Assembly (NCBI GenBank): GCA_964036045.1
Contig: OZ038378.1
Coordinates: 41,292,001-41,356,000, forward strand
Length of the DNA stretch: 64,000 nucleotides
Direction of reading: 5' to 3'
Source: Eutreptiella sp. 'Long Island Sound 2002'
Lineage: Eukaryota; Protista; Euglenida
Shown piece by piece: positions 1 through 13,603 of the stretch. The notes beneath the pieces were generated by a model. The model ran no database searches. It worked only from the letters and a program-made list of their open reading frames with translations, and had not been told where the DNA came from. Position numbers and translations under genes: made by a program. Position 1 is the first letter of the stretch; each line of letters starts with the position of its first letter.

Positions 1-768
1 CAGGGCGGGGGGCGGGGGGGCGGCAGCAGCAGCGTGTCTGTGTGAGAGCGCGTGAACGCAATGGCGCTGGTGGGATGATGTATATATGTTTCGTTTCTGG
101 GTGTGCTCCATTTGGGCCTGGCGCGCAGACTGGGCGTGGGAGCCCGCTTGCTCCCGCGCACGCCCTGGTGCTCTTGCTGCATGTTTGTCCCTGCTCGGCC
201 GCTGGGTCTGGGCACGCGCTCTGTGATTTGAGGCTGCAGGCCGGTGAGCGCCGAGTCCCGTTCGGGGCACAAATGTGGGCCCCCTGCGCATAGGGACGCA
301 AACGCAAGCAGGTGCACCCCAGTCTTCCGGTCTGGGTTTGATGGTCTGCTTTTCTTGTAACCCATTTGCAGCAGCCGCGGCGTGGGAGCCCGTTGGACTC
401 GGGCGGTTGCCTGGTATGCCGCGGTTGTGCCCGCACGTGTGTGTCTCTGCACGTGAACGCGTTGGCTCTGGTGGGTATGTATATATGACTCCGGGCCTGC
501 TCCGTCGACCCAAAGACGGCAGATCAGTATGCAACAGCCTGGGGCGTGGGAGGCCGCTTGCTCCCCACCTAGCGTTTGCCTCGACGCGGTGTGTCTCCAT
601 TTTTGTAGCAGGTGAGTATGTAAGCCAGCCACCTGCCAGCCAGCATATATCTCAGCCCGACCGCGGCGTGGTTTGGCACCACTGGTGCGTTTGCACGTCC
701 CCTGAGCCTGTGTTGACAGACAGGCAGTTCGGATGGGGGGGGGGTGTGCAACAGGCATGGTTATTTTT

Positions 769-1198
769 CCCTTGAGCATCAGTCAGGTGTTTCTGTGGTC
801 TATGCATGCCTGCATGGGACAGGGCGGACAGTGCAGGTCAGGAGGACAGGGCTACAATACAAGCAAAACCTAGGTTAGCAATAACCAAGGTTTTGCCACA
901 GGGGGGGAGGAGGGACTGACCTGCCACTTTTCGGGACATACCAGCCAGCTACCCCCGTGTTTCAGTGAAGTGTTCCTTCGTTGTTGGGGACCAGATTCCG
1001 TTGGCCCGCACGGGCGTGTTTATGTGGCGCCCAGTAAAGGCCGGTTGGCTAGGCGCAGCGCTGTCATCAGGTTCTTGGGTAACCCAGACAGCAGCACCCT
1101 TGAGTATCAGTCAGGTGTTTCTGTGTTTTGTGCTTGCCTGCATGGGACAAGGCGGGACAATGTAGGTCAGGGGGACAGGGCTACAATACAAGCAAAAC
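769..1198. repeat. Pair of ~100-bp diverged direct repeats (769-869 and 1097-1198)
   Basis: Both copies read cccttgag(c/t)atcagtcaggtgtttctgtg...gggacagggctacaatacaagcaaaac or a close variant. Confidence 0.85.
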
Positions 1199-1827
1199 TG
1201 CCCAAGGATGGGGTGAATACCCATGTCAGTGGGGCCGGTCGGAAGTCTCTGATGTTCCCGCTGGTGGTTGTGGCGACGGGTGTTTGTTGATGTTGTCCGC
1301 ATATCATACGTGTAACGCACTTGACCATCACGGTAGAGGGCGCCGGTTGGAGTCTCGCGGTGTAGGCGTAGATGCCGCCGGGGTTCTTTATTTGTCTTCA
1401 TCGCACGGACTGCGCAGTTGTATTTTCTTCGAGTGGTTCTCTATGGGGGAGGGTCTCCTAGCTTGCCCAACCCGCCACCACCGCGCTTTGCTTGGCTGCG
1501 ATCCACAAGAGATCCAGTGTGCCCAGGCCGGTTCATGTTTTACGTGGTTACACTCTCGGCGGGAGGGACACCCAAGCTTGCCCAACCTTCCCACGCCGTG
1601 CTTCGCTTGGGCGCGATCCACAAGTTATCAAGTGTGCATTTTTGCAGTTGTGTTCTACTCCATTGCTGTTGTATTTGTCCATACATTTGTGGCATGGAAC
1701 ACAACACTGTGTCTATGAACGTCCCCTTTCAACTCATTTGTGCGGAGCCGGATCCTGTGAGCGGGGGTACCCGGTTAGCCAGGTATTCGTCTCTATGGCA
1801 GCAATGCACATAACTCCTTGCATTATT

Positions 1828-2400
1828 TGTGGTTCGTCCTTTCGAAAAATGATTGTGCTGTGTCTCGTTGACTTTATTTGGACTAGTATAATGCCTTGTG
1901 TGCCCGGCCTTTCCAAAATTTAATGCACACAACTCCTTGTATCATGTGTCGTGCGACCATTCGAAAAGTCATTGCCCTGTGTTTTGTTGACTCTCTCATA
2001 GTGGCTTAGGTGATCTGACCTTTCCAAAATTCATTGCCATGTGTCTCGCTGGATGTGTAAAAAATATTATATGCGTTGTGTGGTCTTACCCTTCGAAAAT
2101 TCAATGCACGCTAAACCATGTACCATGTGTGGTCCGACCTTCGAAAATTCATTCCTCCGCGTATGGTGGACGTTCTCCCAGTGCCTCATGTGGTTCGTGC
2201 TTTCAACAATTCAATGCACGAAAATGCTTGCACCATGGGTGGTCTGCCTTATGTAAATTCATTGGTTTATGTTGTGATAAGTCTATCATAGTCCCTCTGT
2301 TGTGCCTCATGTGGTTCGACCTTTCGAAAAATCAATGAACGCAAGACCTACGTTGCCATGTGGAGTCGGACATGTGGTCCCAACCCTCGAAAAATACGAA
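1828..2400. repeat. Degenerate array of ~10 copies of a cc(t)ttcgaaaattca(a/t)tg-like motif, spaced roughly 45-75 bp apart
   Basis: The motif recurs near 1840, 1908, 1958, 2020, 2090, 2138, 2200, 2320 and 2385. Confidence 0.65.
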
Positions 2401-4899
2401 ATCTACATGCACAAAACACAAAACAAAAACTGCATGTTGTCAATGGAAACATTGCTATTCAGAGAACCCTTATCAACGCATTGGCCAGGTTAATGTTCCT
2501 ATGCTACAATGAATGAACAAAACACGTAAAGCACTAATTCATCCTCCGCAAAATGGGTGGCGTACTTGAAGCGTGCCACCTTCTTGGTGTTGAAGTGCCA
2601 GACACTAGGAATCTCACGAGCCTTCCAGACACCGTCTCAGCACAAAGCTGCCGGCGTTGCGGCTGCCACACTCTACAAGCCCAGCACTTCCATGTGGGGT
2701 TTCCTACGCATTCTTAGCAAAACAATCTTGCATAGTAATTCCATGGTCAAGATGCAAAAAGCGGCGATTAGTAGCCACATAGTATGGGTGACGGGATAGG
2801 GCCCGATGCTGCGTGTAGCCTCACCAAAAGCTTTCACCATATCTTGCCGCATGACACGACTCTCACGGCGGACACCGCCCTGAGTTTTCACAATGGGCCT
2901 TGGGCACCGGCGTGCACCGCCCTGCAGTTCTGCAATTGTGACCCATTGCATTGTTCCTGAGTTGCAGTGGCGGATCCGGCGAAGGGCGTGCGACTCATCG
3001 GCACTGTCAAGGAGCCACTTGAAAGCATGCTAGGCCGCATAGGCAAGATTTGTAGCCGTGTTGTGCTCTGGGTGACGCACAACACACACCATTGGGCGGT
3101 CGTCGGGACGACCGACGACCACCTTTGAGGCGTGCGGGCCTCCATCTAGATTAACCAGCCTAATAGTGTAGAGCGCACAATCATGAGACTAGGGCGAACC
3201 ATGCTTGGGCGCAAGGGTGTGAACAACAATTGCAAATGTACCGTGTGTACGCTTCGCCGGTCTGTCATCCCCGGCAGGTGATGCGGATCGTTTGTCAGAT
3301 TTTTCCACCGCAATCACCAAGGTTACTTGATACTTGCCGTCTTCATTTTGGGCATAAGTCCTTCCACGGGCTTGAGGCTGAGTACTTTCAGGCCACGCCC
3401 AACCATCCCGCCATGCACTTGTACTTTACTTTCGACACACAAAGACGAGCATCTTCCCCTAATCCCCCCCTCCCACCCCCCGAGTCCTTGACACTTACCT
3501 TTGCGCCCGAAACATGTGAAATCAACACACCAAGGCCACATTGTGTTCATTGCCACTACAAGGGGTTTGATATAATACCGCACCCGTAATGCTGCTTCGG
3601 TTGCAATTTGCAGGTTCCGCACGCCGTGTTTCCTGTGCATGCCGAAACGGTGCGCTGCGGCGTGCACTCCCGTAGTACCCTACATTTTTGCTGTGATTGA
3701 TTTTTGTAGTGTTGTGTGGCACAAGAGCATTCCACTGAGTGTCTTCACGGCCACTCTAAAAACGTATGATATGAACTCACAAGTGCCGCATGGTTGGCCC
3801 CAAGTGAACAAGTAATGTGAAATCACGGGATGTGGACAGGGGGGAGGATGGCTTTCGACAAGATAGCCAACAGTCCGGGTAAGTTACGGTCTTCGCAATG
3901 GGTCAATGCTACACAGAACCTTCTCGTGTTGCACTCGTAGGGGGCTCCGCCACGTGGTCCACGCCACCGGGCGGCAGCGGCGCCTTCTACAATAGTCACC
4001 GTCCCAACGTGCACTAGTTGAATGGATTAAGAGGCGACCAATGGTGCATTGTAGCAGCACAAGCAATTGTTGGTGCCAAAGGGCCTCACGCGGTAAAATT
4101 TTTTTTATTTTACCCTCCGTATCTATTCTCAAAAACTCAGAATTTTGTAGAGAACCCAAAAATCCCTAAAAAGCACAAAAAAGCAATTTCAACCCGACCC
4201 AACCTTCTCCTTAGACCTTCGCGGATGGGAGCTTCAGAGGATGGACAAAATTTTTTTGTGTAATTTTTCTTTACCCCACTTGTGCATGTTCAGAATGATC
4301 AGCACGTTATTAGGGTCTTTTTCAAGTGTGTATGTTGGGGTACATACCGATCTACCTTGGGGACCCCAGCGGCTAGCCACCCGACTCGATGTCACATTGG
4401 CTGCCTTCATAAAGGTTTCAAACCTTCATCCACCAAAATGGGTGAAAAACGGCCCGTTGGTACATAAACAGGGATCACGGCACGACACCGCAACGTGGGA
4501 GGCCTCCTTGAACACCTTGTCGAGATGATGTGTCACGGCAGCTTGGTCCCAAGGTCCCACAGGATTGGCCCGTACAAACGGGTTGGTGGGCGTCTCGTCG
4601 GCGTGCAGCTCGGCATTTCCATTGACAAAGGGTGGGTGTTTGGCTTGCCAAAGAGCTTGGCATATTCGATGCAATCTGGCTTGGTAGCTCGGCCCCAAGG
4701 TCCGACAAGATTTGCCCGTACACACAAGCCGCTGTCTAGACCAGAATTTGCTTGTACAAATGCACCCGCATCCGGGTGGGGATTTGCCTGTACAATCATG
4801 TCATGTCATGTCATGTCATGTCATGGTGTGCTAGACCCATTGTCCGCTTGCACGCCCCAAGGTGTCCAATGGCAGAAAGTCTAGCCGTTACACACGCTC

Positions 4900-7800
4900 A
4901 TACTCCGAGGAATGGGGCCCCAATTGAGGAGGGCAAGTGCACCATGCATGGCGCGAGAGACTCGGTCGGCTAGACCAAGCAACGCCCTCCGCAGGCTATC
5001 TAGTGGACGCTCCTAGACACTAGCCCCACCGGCGGGCACTAGCACGCCGGGCATTAGTGGGTCTCACGTCTGACGTGCGGCACGCGCTCTCGCCAGTTTA
5101 TCACTTCGCCGCGTAGAAGATGACGTGGCGCTTGCACAATCAACAACATCGAAGACTTGGACTCATGAGAGACATTGCACATGTCGGCGTATAGGCACAA
5201 AGCCCTCATAACCCACCAACCCCATCCATAGAAGGGTCTAGAGCCGCCCAATGGGGGAAACACTGTGCATCACGCTAGCACATCGGGCTAGGGATAGATC
5301 GATGCTATCATCGTGGGGCGCTGGGACGCTGTCAGGGAACCACACCACGCGCTTGGCGCCCGCACTGCGGCCTGCCCATGGGGGGAAGGCGGATGCCAGA
5401 TACATGGCACCCTGCCCGCCCCTGTGCATGCGGATAGGTAGGTCAGGAAAACCTGTCCAGTCCATGGCAAGCCAGGATGCTAGCTAGGGGCATGGGCTTG
5501 CCCTGTTTCTAACAGCAGCGCAAAATCTTCAGTGATCACCGCAGCGTGCAGCGGCCGAATATAGGTCAGAGCAAGTGGGTTGCGGAGGACTAGAGCATCA
5601 CTGTTTGCCCAAGTTGGGGACATATTGAGCACGCCAAACATGGTAACGCACAGGACCCCATGCTCAGCCGTCGGCTCCCCAATCGTCACCACGCGCAGAG
5701 GAAGAGTTTGAGATCCCTTGGTCACACGTGGAGCATGCATTGACTTCTCCTTCATTGTCCACCCTATAGCGACTTATTTAACTAAGAGGGACCGAAATGC
5801 GGAGGCCCCCGCCACACAGAGGCACAGGCACTGCAGGTCAAATACGAGCAGTCCAGTCGCCGACTGACTGCTCACAAAAAGGGAAGAATGCCTGGGTTCG
5901 GGAGTGTCGGACGTGACGATATGACCCGACCCACATGCACACCCAGATTTCATCATTAGAGAGATGAAACCTAGTGATGTGGTGGCCCACGAGCTACTAT
6001 GGTACTCTGGACGGCCTGGGGGGTGGGTATATGGAGGGGGGAAACAAGGATGCATCATAGAACGTCTACAGGACTGACTCGGGGTAGATGCACCATACTC
6101 AATGTTGCAAAAGCACAGATTAGGGCCGTAGGGCATGCAAGAAGGGCACCGCCACACGCGGCCCCTAGGGGGGCACATATCGCAATTCATGGGTTGTGAC
6201 TTGTGCTTGCGCAATCATGTGCTTCCATCCGTGGTGTGCTGGGACGGTACATATCCGGTGATTTGGTCTGCTGTGAGGAGGAGCCTCGCCACATCCCGTA
6301 TCGGGGCATTCGTGTAGTACGAACACGTAGGCTTACGGAGGGCCCTCATTGACTGCGGCCCGTAGCCTTTTCCCAAGGAGTAGCGCTCACGCTACCCCCA
6401 GCCGGTGTAGCACAATCACCAACAACGCCCGGCCCAACCACTCCGCTTATAAGGACGATGGGTCAACCACCAACACATGACACTAGAAATGAGCAGGGAC
6501 ACCCACCGAGTCAAGAAGGACGGCCGCAGCACCTATGCCGCGCTGCATTGAAGCGCCGTCAGACACAACCGTGACATGGGGCCGCAGGTCACGGCGCAGC
6601 CACTGTTCCCAGAAACCAAGCCTAGGAGACCCCTGCCCAGCGCTGCGCTTACATCTGCAGCGCATTCTCCTCACCCTGAAAGCCGCCAATGGCCGGACTG
6701 AATATGCTGGGGAATTGGTGCGCGGCCTACTGCGTGATCTAGATTTGAAGACCCTACCAAGGTCAGACCTGCTGGTCTTGCTCGGGGAGTGCGAAGCTCT
6801 TAGTCTCCAGCTATGTTTGGCCCCTTGCAAGAACCTTCAAGATGCTGCCCCAGGTGAAGACGAAACACCGGGCACTTGGACGGAACCCTCGTAGGCAGGT
6901 GTAAGGAACTGCGGGCCACTTGCTGCAATCGTGCTTGCATTGGAGCTAGCTCATCGACAGTCATGGGCACAAGGGTGAGGCGGAACTCCATTGAGGACTT
7001 TGCATACAGCAACGCCACCGTAAGGGCCAAAATGCATGAGGGCCTGGTGCGGCGCACCTTGGCCAGCACATGAGTGAAATGTTCTGAAATGGCACTGGCA
7101 TAGCATTTGGGGGACTCACCCATGAAGCAGGGGATGCCAGCAGTCTTGAGCCCATGGGGCTAGTACTCCAGTTGCCCAAGGGCACATGAGATGGACGCCG
7201 TCCCACAATAAAGTCTATCTTGGGCATGGTAGATATGGTACATCTTGAGCTTAGACGCATTCATCGTCCCCCCGGACACTGCAGCAAATCCGCAGGATTC
7301 GGCCAGATTATGCAGCATTTCCTCCAGAGACAGAACCATGTGGCGCCCATCATCGGAGAAGATCACTTCCGGGACCTGCACCCTTGGTAGGCAGGGGTGC
7401 ATGGTGCCTGTGGCGCAATCCAAGAGGGCCCACGACCGCAAGATGCACGGAATCGGGTACCCTCCCGTACCCATGCTGTCGCCATGTATTCCTCCCTATT
7501 GCATGTAGTAAGGGGGTGCTAGCTCATACGGAGTCTGTAGATAAACCATGAGGCCATCGGAAAACCACTTGGTCAGCAAACCCACATGCCCTAGGGGGAG
7601 GGGGTCATCCATGAGATAGCCCCGAAGGGCGTCCCTGTTTACATTGCACAGCATGGGGGTGGGTTCTAAGTAAGCAGGGGTCTGAGGCCAGGGTTCTAGA
7701 TGAGCTGCCTGAGGGCGTGTTGTAGGCCCTCGCGGCGTCATGCCACTGGGCCATGCTTGATTGGGTCCGGCAGCTCCGCGAGGGCAACTTTTCTAAGTTT

Positions 7801-8368
7801 CTCCAATCTGCTTTGCATATTTGCCTGTCGAAAAAGGACGCACGATGGCTAATTTGGAATGGCCGCACCATCGTCATATCCGTGTTCCTTCACAGAAGAC
7901 AATGAACCCTGCTGTTTGCTAATTTCATGTCCCGCGCCGAAATGACTGGGTTGATGCCCCCACGGGTGCATCCCTACCGCAAAGAATTCACTCCCCATGA
8001 CCTCGGTCTGTTTTTGAGGTGAGATTTGGCTTTTTCAGTGATCAAGTCACCGAAAGGGTGCTGGTGTGCGGATTGGGACCGGTAGGACAGGGTGGACACC
8101 ACTGACACAGGCCGCACCAGGCTCATGGCCAACAATTCACCCAGGCTGCAGAGCAGCTCTAGAAAGAAATCGCACATAGACAAGGCGTCTCAGGGCCTAG
8201 GCAGCACAGGGGCCAGGGACGCCTCTCCGCGGATCATATGGACATCATTCGCCAAAGCGCGCAGGCCATACAGCTCCTGAGCCTAGGTACGTGATTCATC
8301 AATGAAGGCACTAGGCTGACACGGAAAATGTACCCCGTCAAGCTGACTGCGGTGACTACACTAAATTT
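4900..8368 (-). pseudogene. 3' part of a degenerate non-LTR retrotransposon (reverse transcriptase + RNase H)
   Basis: Minus-strand motifs across frameshifts: RPFQISH, DAARAYNT, GGIHGDSMG, VIFSDD (YADD equivalent, ~7348-7359), GTMNASK; RNase H-like VVSDGAS...GIGAAAV (~6530-6570) and TVPAHH. The 3' boundary is approximate. Confidence 0.75.
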
Positions 8369-9670
8369 GGGGGTACAAACTTGACATCCAAAGGTCTCAG
8401 CGTCCGGCCGGGATGGGCAGTTTCACTGTTGCGGAAAAATGACCTCAAACACCCAACAAATCTTTATATGTCCGAAAACATCAATTTCCAACCAACACTG
8501 TTTTGGGGATTCCTCTTGTGCCACCCCAACCAACCCAAGGTTTCACTGTCAACAGTGAAACCCTCCGTCATCATTGTGCTGTACTACACTTTGAGCTGTA
8601 TGCAACGCCTTACTCCTGTCTACACCCCCCCCTTAGGATGGTGGTGGTGGTTCATTTTGGGTGGGATGGATTATATGAGCACCAAAATGTGCTGAATAGT
8701 GCAGGGTAGTTTCACTTTCAACAGTGAAACTCTGCCTTGCTCCGGAGGATATGACATAATATCAACGCCTCGAGCAGATAGCTCCACGAACTCGATGACC
8801 GGAAATAGTTTTGCCGTTGACAGTGAAACTAGTTGTGATACCGTGGCGCGTGTGTGTGTACTCAGAAAACGGTAACAAGCATCAAGCACTTTCACTGTTC
8901 ACAGTCAAACTATTTCCCACACTGTGGTGTCCAAGGGTAAACAAGGAAAGCGGGTAAAGTGAATTTTATTTTTTGGAAGACGCATGTAAAAAACGGAACC
9001 GGAAACATCGCCGGACCGTCGTCTGGTCCAATGGTTATAACCCTCGTCTCGTACCACTAGTGGGGGGCTTGATTCCCACTAGATCCCCCATCCTAGCTAC
9101 CCTGTGGCATACCACACCAGTGCTTGGTCACCCACTAGGCATGGTAAGTGCCCCGTTGCAAAGGGGGTACGGTACTAGTACTACCAAACCGGTAGTTTTT
9201 AGACGTGTTTTGTAGTATATAGTTGACCATGTAGTGAGACACCGGATTTCTAGCCTTGGTGGTGGGAAAAGTACCCCACCAGGACTTGGAGGCATCAGTA
9301 GAGTTGTACCAGACCCGTTCTCTCCTTGTGGGCTTCCCTATGGTTGTGGTGCATGGCGGGACAGTGGGGTGCCAACTGAGGGTCTCTTTGATGTTATGCC
9401 CCCCCCCAACGTACTTGCATTCACTCTATTGCCCACCTGCTTTCAGGTGGGAGGCATGCACATCATCGGATCACAAGCACTTTCACTGTCAACAGTGAAA
9501 CCACTTGCAGCCACTTCCTGTTAGGTCCACATGGTGTCTTTCCTCCTGTGCACAAGTTCTGTTATTGTACCCGTTGACACCTTCTCACCACGAACTTTTA
9601 TTGTCAACTGTGAAACCACTGGTTGTTGTCTGCTTGTTCTGTCTGTATGTGATCTGCCTCTGATGCCTCA

Positions 9671-11855
9671 GAGGGCATTATGACTGACATCAGTGCCTCC
9701 CCATTCAGTCTACGAGACTTGTGCTCGGGGTTGCACGACGTCCTGCACCGGGCTGACATGTATGAAGACGGGGACTCACTGGTGGAGTGCACTCTGGGGG
9801 GAGGACCAGCTTTGACTCTTGTGGAGATCAGCTTGAAGTTGCGTCTCAATCCTGGAACAAGACAAAGTATTGTGGAACTGAAGGAGCACTGGCCAAGTCG
9901 TGGGTCTGAGCAACGGCTACTGCGCTTCGTGCTTCATGCGTTCAAGCTCTTCCTCTGCATGCTGGTGCTAGCAAAGCTGTTGAAAGTGGCAGAAACGGTC
10001 CCCAGTACGGGGGTTATGACAACAATGACCAAGGAACAGCTGCTTGAGTTGCGGGGAAGTGGGCTTATACTCCATCGGGAATTACCATTGGCCAACCGGG
10101 TTGCCCTTGCACAAGAGCGGGTCCGCCAAGAAATGACACAAGGATGCTATGTGACATTGGTAGACCAGCTTTACAAGAGCCGGTACAGCAAAAATCAAGA
10201 CGGACCACGGGGCATCTCCTTGTCATGCACTGCTGTCGCTGTCCTCACAGGCCTGTCGGTGAGATTGTCACACACTGGGTGGCCTTCCGCAGAGTAATTG
10301 CAACACGGGTCAAGTCCGTGGCACTGCATATGCGGGACACGGTCACTGAGCTTTGGACTGTTGTGCAGGACCTGGGATCGGATCGACTGCCCCTTGGTCT
10401 TCTTCGTTGTCCATTGGATATTCGCCGGGGTAACCCCATGACTTCATCATGGCAGCCATACGGTTTATGGTACATCAGTGTCACCAAGACGGCGGGATCG
10501 GGGGACGTGTTGGTCCAGTTATTGCAACACAATCCTAAGAACCGGAACCCAGTGAAGGTATTACTTTGTGACATGAACATATGGTGGAGGGTTGCAAAGG
10601 TTGTGCACCATAGGGAGCATGCTGCTTCTCCAGTGCGCGGCGCGCTCCGTGACATATGCCCTGTCTATGGGATTTGGCACGCTTACAAGGTGTGTGTCAC
10701 TGCTTTATACAAGGCTTTTTCACCTTTTGTTATCTGCCTGGAGTATGATTGCTTCTTAATGGATCCAACAGCCACACGGGTGTACCAATACCCCGCTCTC
10801 ATTGTCCTGGAGAGGCCCATTCTTTCGTGCTACCTTGCGTATCCCGCACTGCAATCTCAATTCGACCATTGCCTCCGGAGTTTCACTGTGCACAGTGAAA
10901 ATTCCCTATGGAAGGAGCGCTGAGAGGCCCTGCGGGAATTATTGTAGGCTTATGTTCCTGCTGTGTTGCAGTTAGGTATAATGGTGTGTGACTGCTCCTC
11001 GGGACATCGGGCCTCTAGCACTGGTGTTGCAGCGCGCAAGGTTTTAGAATGCAGCCTGTTTCTGCTGCGGAAGATCAAGCCGACACATAGTCACCGCAAC
11101 TATATAAACACTATGTGCATTGCTCTCCTTCTGTGGCGTTCCTTCCATGTTGCATTGCCAGGTACTGCACATGTTCAAGAGAAAGGCGAATCTATGCTGT
11201 CTCGTCTTGTGAAAGCATCAAAGCATGATCTCAGTGCTACCACACTAAGCAATATGGGTCCCTGTTTTTAACCATTAGAAAGGCTCGACAAGGAACCACG
11301 TTCCAGCAAAAGCCCCATATAACATTGGGATGCGTCTAAACGGTGCAGGGTACGTCGCAAAACTTGTTGCACTGTTTGACCTCAGGCACGGCCCCCTTTG
11401 TACATATCAGAAGAGGTGAGATGGAGGATAATCCTAAGGCCATCTGCGTAAGAGGTACCAACATTTGGCCCGACAGTTTCAAATTTCCACCTGCCCTCAT
11501 GGACTCAACAAGCCTGCTTGAGTCGGAGTATATCCTACTGCACCAAAGCCTTCACACTCTTTTTTACCTCTCTGGCAAAGCGTCTGACAGGGCAGGCCGC
11601 CAGGCTGTAGCTAATAAGATGATCCAACACCAGCAACCGCCCCTTGGTCGTGACTATAGTTCCTTTTTTGATGACTATGCAGGAACGGCCGCACACCTAC
11701 GCGGAGTGCTACCACATGATGATCCGGCATTGGGACTGCCCATTTGGGAAAAGTTATCCAGAAAACGCAAAAGACCAGATGGCGTTGGTGACCAAAACGG
11801 GTCTCAGGTAGACTCCGATGATGATGCGGACCTTGATGCCGTGGCATTGGGATGA
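9671..11855 (+). pseudogene. Decayed putative DDE-type transposase (ORF A of the TIR element)
   Basis: Joined from ORFs 9680-10297, 10144-10923, 10963-11271 and 11343-11855, with a frameshift near 10270 and in-frame stops. Candidate catalytic D (LVDQLY, 10163), D (LCDMNI, 10570), H (GIWHAYK, 10678) and E (QEKGES, ~11179-11190). C-terminal RKRKR NLS-like motif and acidic tail. Confidence 0.55.
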
Positions 11856-12992
11856 TTTGTGCTATGTTGATTCTAAAAGCGATGACAACAACTGTATTTT
11901 AGTTGGGTAGGGCTGGCAATGCTCCGGAACACGGATGTACATTGTGGCTAATGGACCTGTCATGCTGCCAATGGTTGCGGTTCCACACTGTGTCCACGTA
12001 CCCCACATTTGCTTATGCACATGTGTCGAGTGCAATTGCCATCACGACGGGGGACAAGGGGATAGTGACTGGCTTTCACTGTCAACTGTGAGTCACCAGG
12101 TGAAGGAGGGTGGAATGTATCACACAACGATTATGCGCTGGTGTGTTGATAATGAAGGAAACAGCATACAATCAGAGAATATGGAGTGCAGTTGGCAAAA
12201 AGCGGTTGCTGCTTGTGTGGTTTTCAAGCTTTGAAAATGTCTTGATCACGTTCCCAATCATTGGTGAAACAAACAACCAAGCAAGGGTGAGACAATCGAA
12301 TATTTGGTTTTCACACAGACCAAGGTGAACCGAGTATCTGGCATGATGGTGACAAACGAAAAGTAGTGCCCCGTTGATAAGCAAAGACACATACTGCTTT
12401 GAACCAAATGGCCTACAACACAGTCACTGTTGACAGTGAAACACCGTTCCAAAAGGTGCCTCGGACAGGCAATTTCATGGTATTTTGGGCTGTTTTTCTC
12501 CTACTTGTGGCTCCTCCTTGTTCTTTGCAGGATCGAGTAAAACGGAGGACCCCACTGTGGAGCCTGAGCACCGAGACGAGGCGTAATCTAGTGAAGTGCC
12601 TGCCGATGAGAAAGAAGAAGATGACAAACCGAAGCGCAGTTCTGGCAGTGAAGCAGATGCTGATGGTGAGGAGAGTGGTTTGGGTGAGGAGGAGGAGGAG
12701 AGTTCTGAGTCTAAAGAGGAGGAAGAGGAGGAAGTTGAGCCGGAGCAGGATGACGAGACCAAAATACAATCGCGACGTTGCATCTTGGAGGGTGGAGACG
12801 CGGAGGCTCAGCAGGTCAGAAAATACATCATCGCAAGGAAGTACGTTGATGTCACCAAGTTGATCTGGGATGACGAGCTTAAGTACGGGCAGTCACGACG
12901 TGTAAAGCGATCCCGCCTCGCAAGACTCCGTCGCAGTCTCACCCACCGAGGGCTGATTGAGGAGGTCCGCGGTTATCTATCAGAAAGAGGAG

Positions 12993-13124
12993 GTATGTGC
13001 CCCAACCAGTGCAAGCTTTTGTATCAATCGTTTCACTGTTGATAGTGAAAGTACCCTGTCGTGTACCGATCGTTTCAATGTTGACATTGAAAGTCTCCCG
13101 TCCTTTGGCCCCTATCTGCGGGAG
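12993..13124 (+). other. Putative GT-AG intron containing two palindromes
   Basis: GTATGT donor at 12993; in-frame stop inside (13040-13042). Acceptor at 13124 (or decayed TGCAG at 13121). Removal rejoins the same frame and completes the ParB-like motif. Confidence 0.65.
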
Positions 13125-13507
13125 ACATCTAGCTGGTGCTCGGCGGACAACACATGTGCGCCATTGTCAAAGAACTCTGGCTCGCACTGACATCACCGAT
13201 TGAGGAGGGGGGTCAAGCTGTAGGTGAAAGTGTGGCACCCCGAGAAATGCGATTCATCCATGCCGTTATACTTCGTGAAGACACACCAGTGGAAATCTGC
13301 CGCCTTGCCGCCGGCCTGCACCAAAGGGCCCAGAGCGAATTCTGTGAGACCACTTTCTCCGAGGTGGCTGCTGCATTCCTGCAACGCTGTGCTGAAATCG
13401 TGATCAGGACCGGCCAGAAGTACGCAACGCCCGATGCTCGTGAGATCTTGGAAGTGGTCACAGATTTTGGGGTGCCATACAAGGAGTATATGGACATTGA
13501 CACAACG

Positions 13508-13603
13508 GTATGTGACAAGCGAATCTGCACTTAAAGGGCCGTGTTTCCACTGAGTTTCACTGTCAACCGTGAAACCACCTATCTTACTCCTCAACGTACC
13601 AAG
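13508..13603 (+). other. Putative GT-AG intron containing one palindrome
   Basis: GTATGT donor at 13508, in-frame TAA at 13532-13534, CAAG acceptor at 13603. Removing 96 bp gives DIDTT|AVNEW in frame. Confidence 0.65.

Noticed and set aside
3735-3744. CTGAGTGTCT match to the euglenid spliced-leader core
   Set aside because: Only 10 bp; the rest of the SL exon and the donor site are absent.
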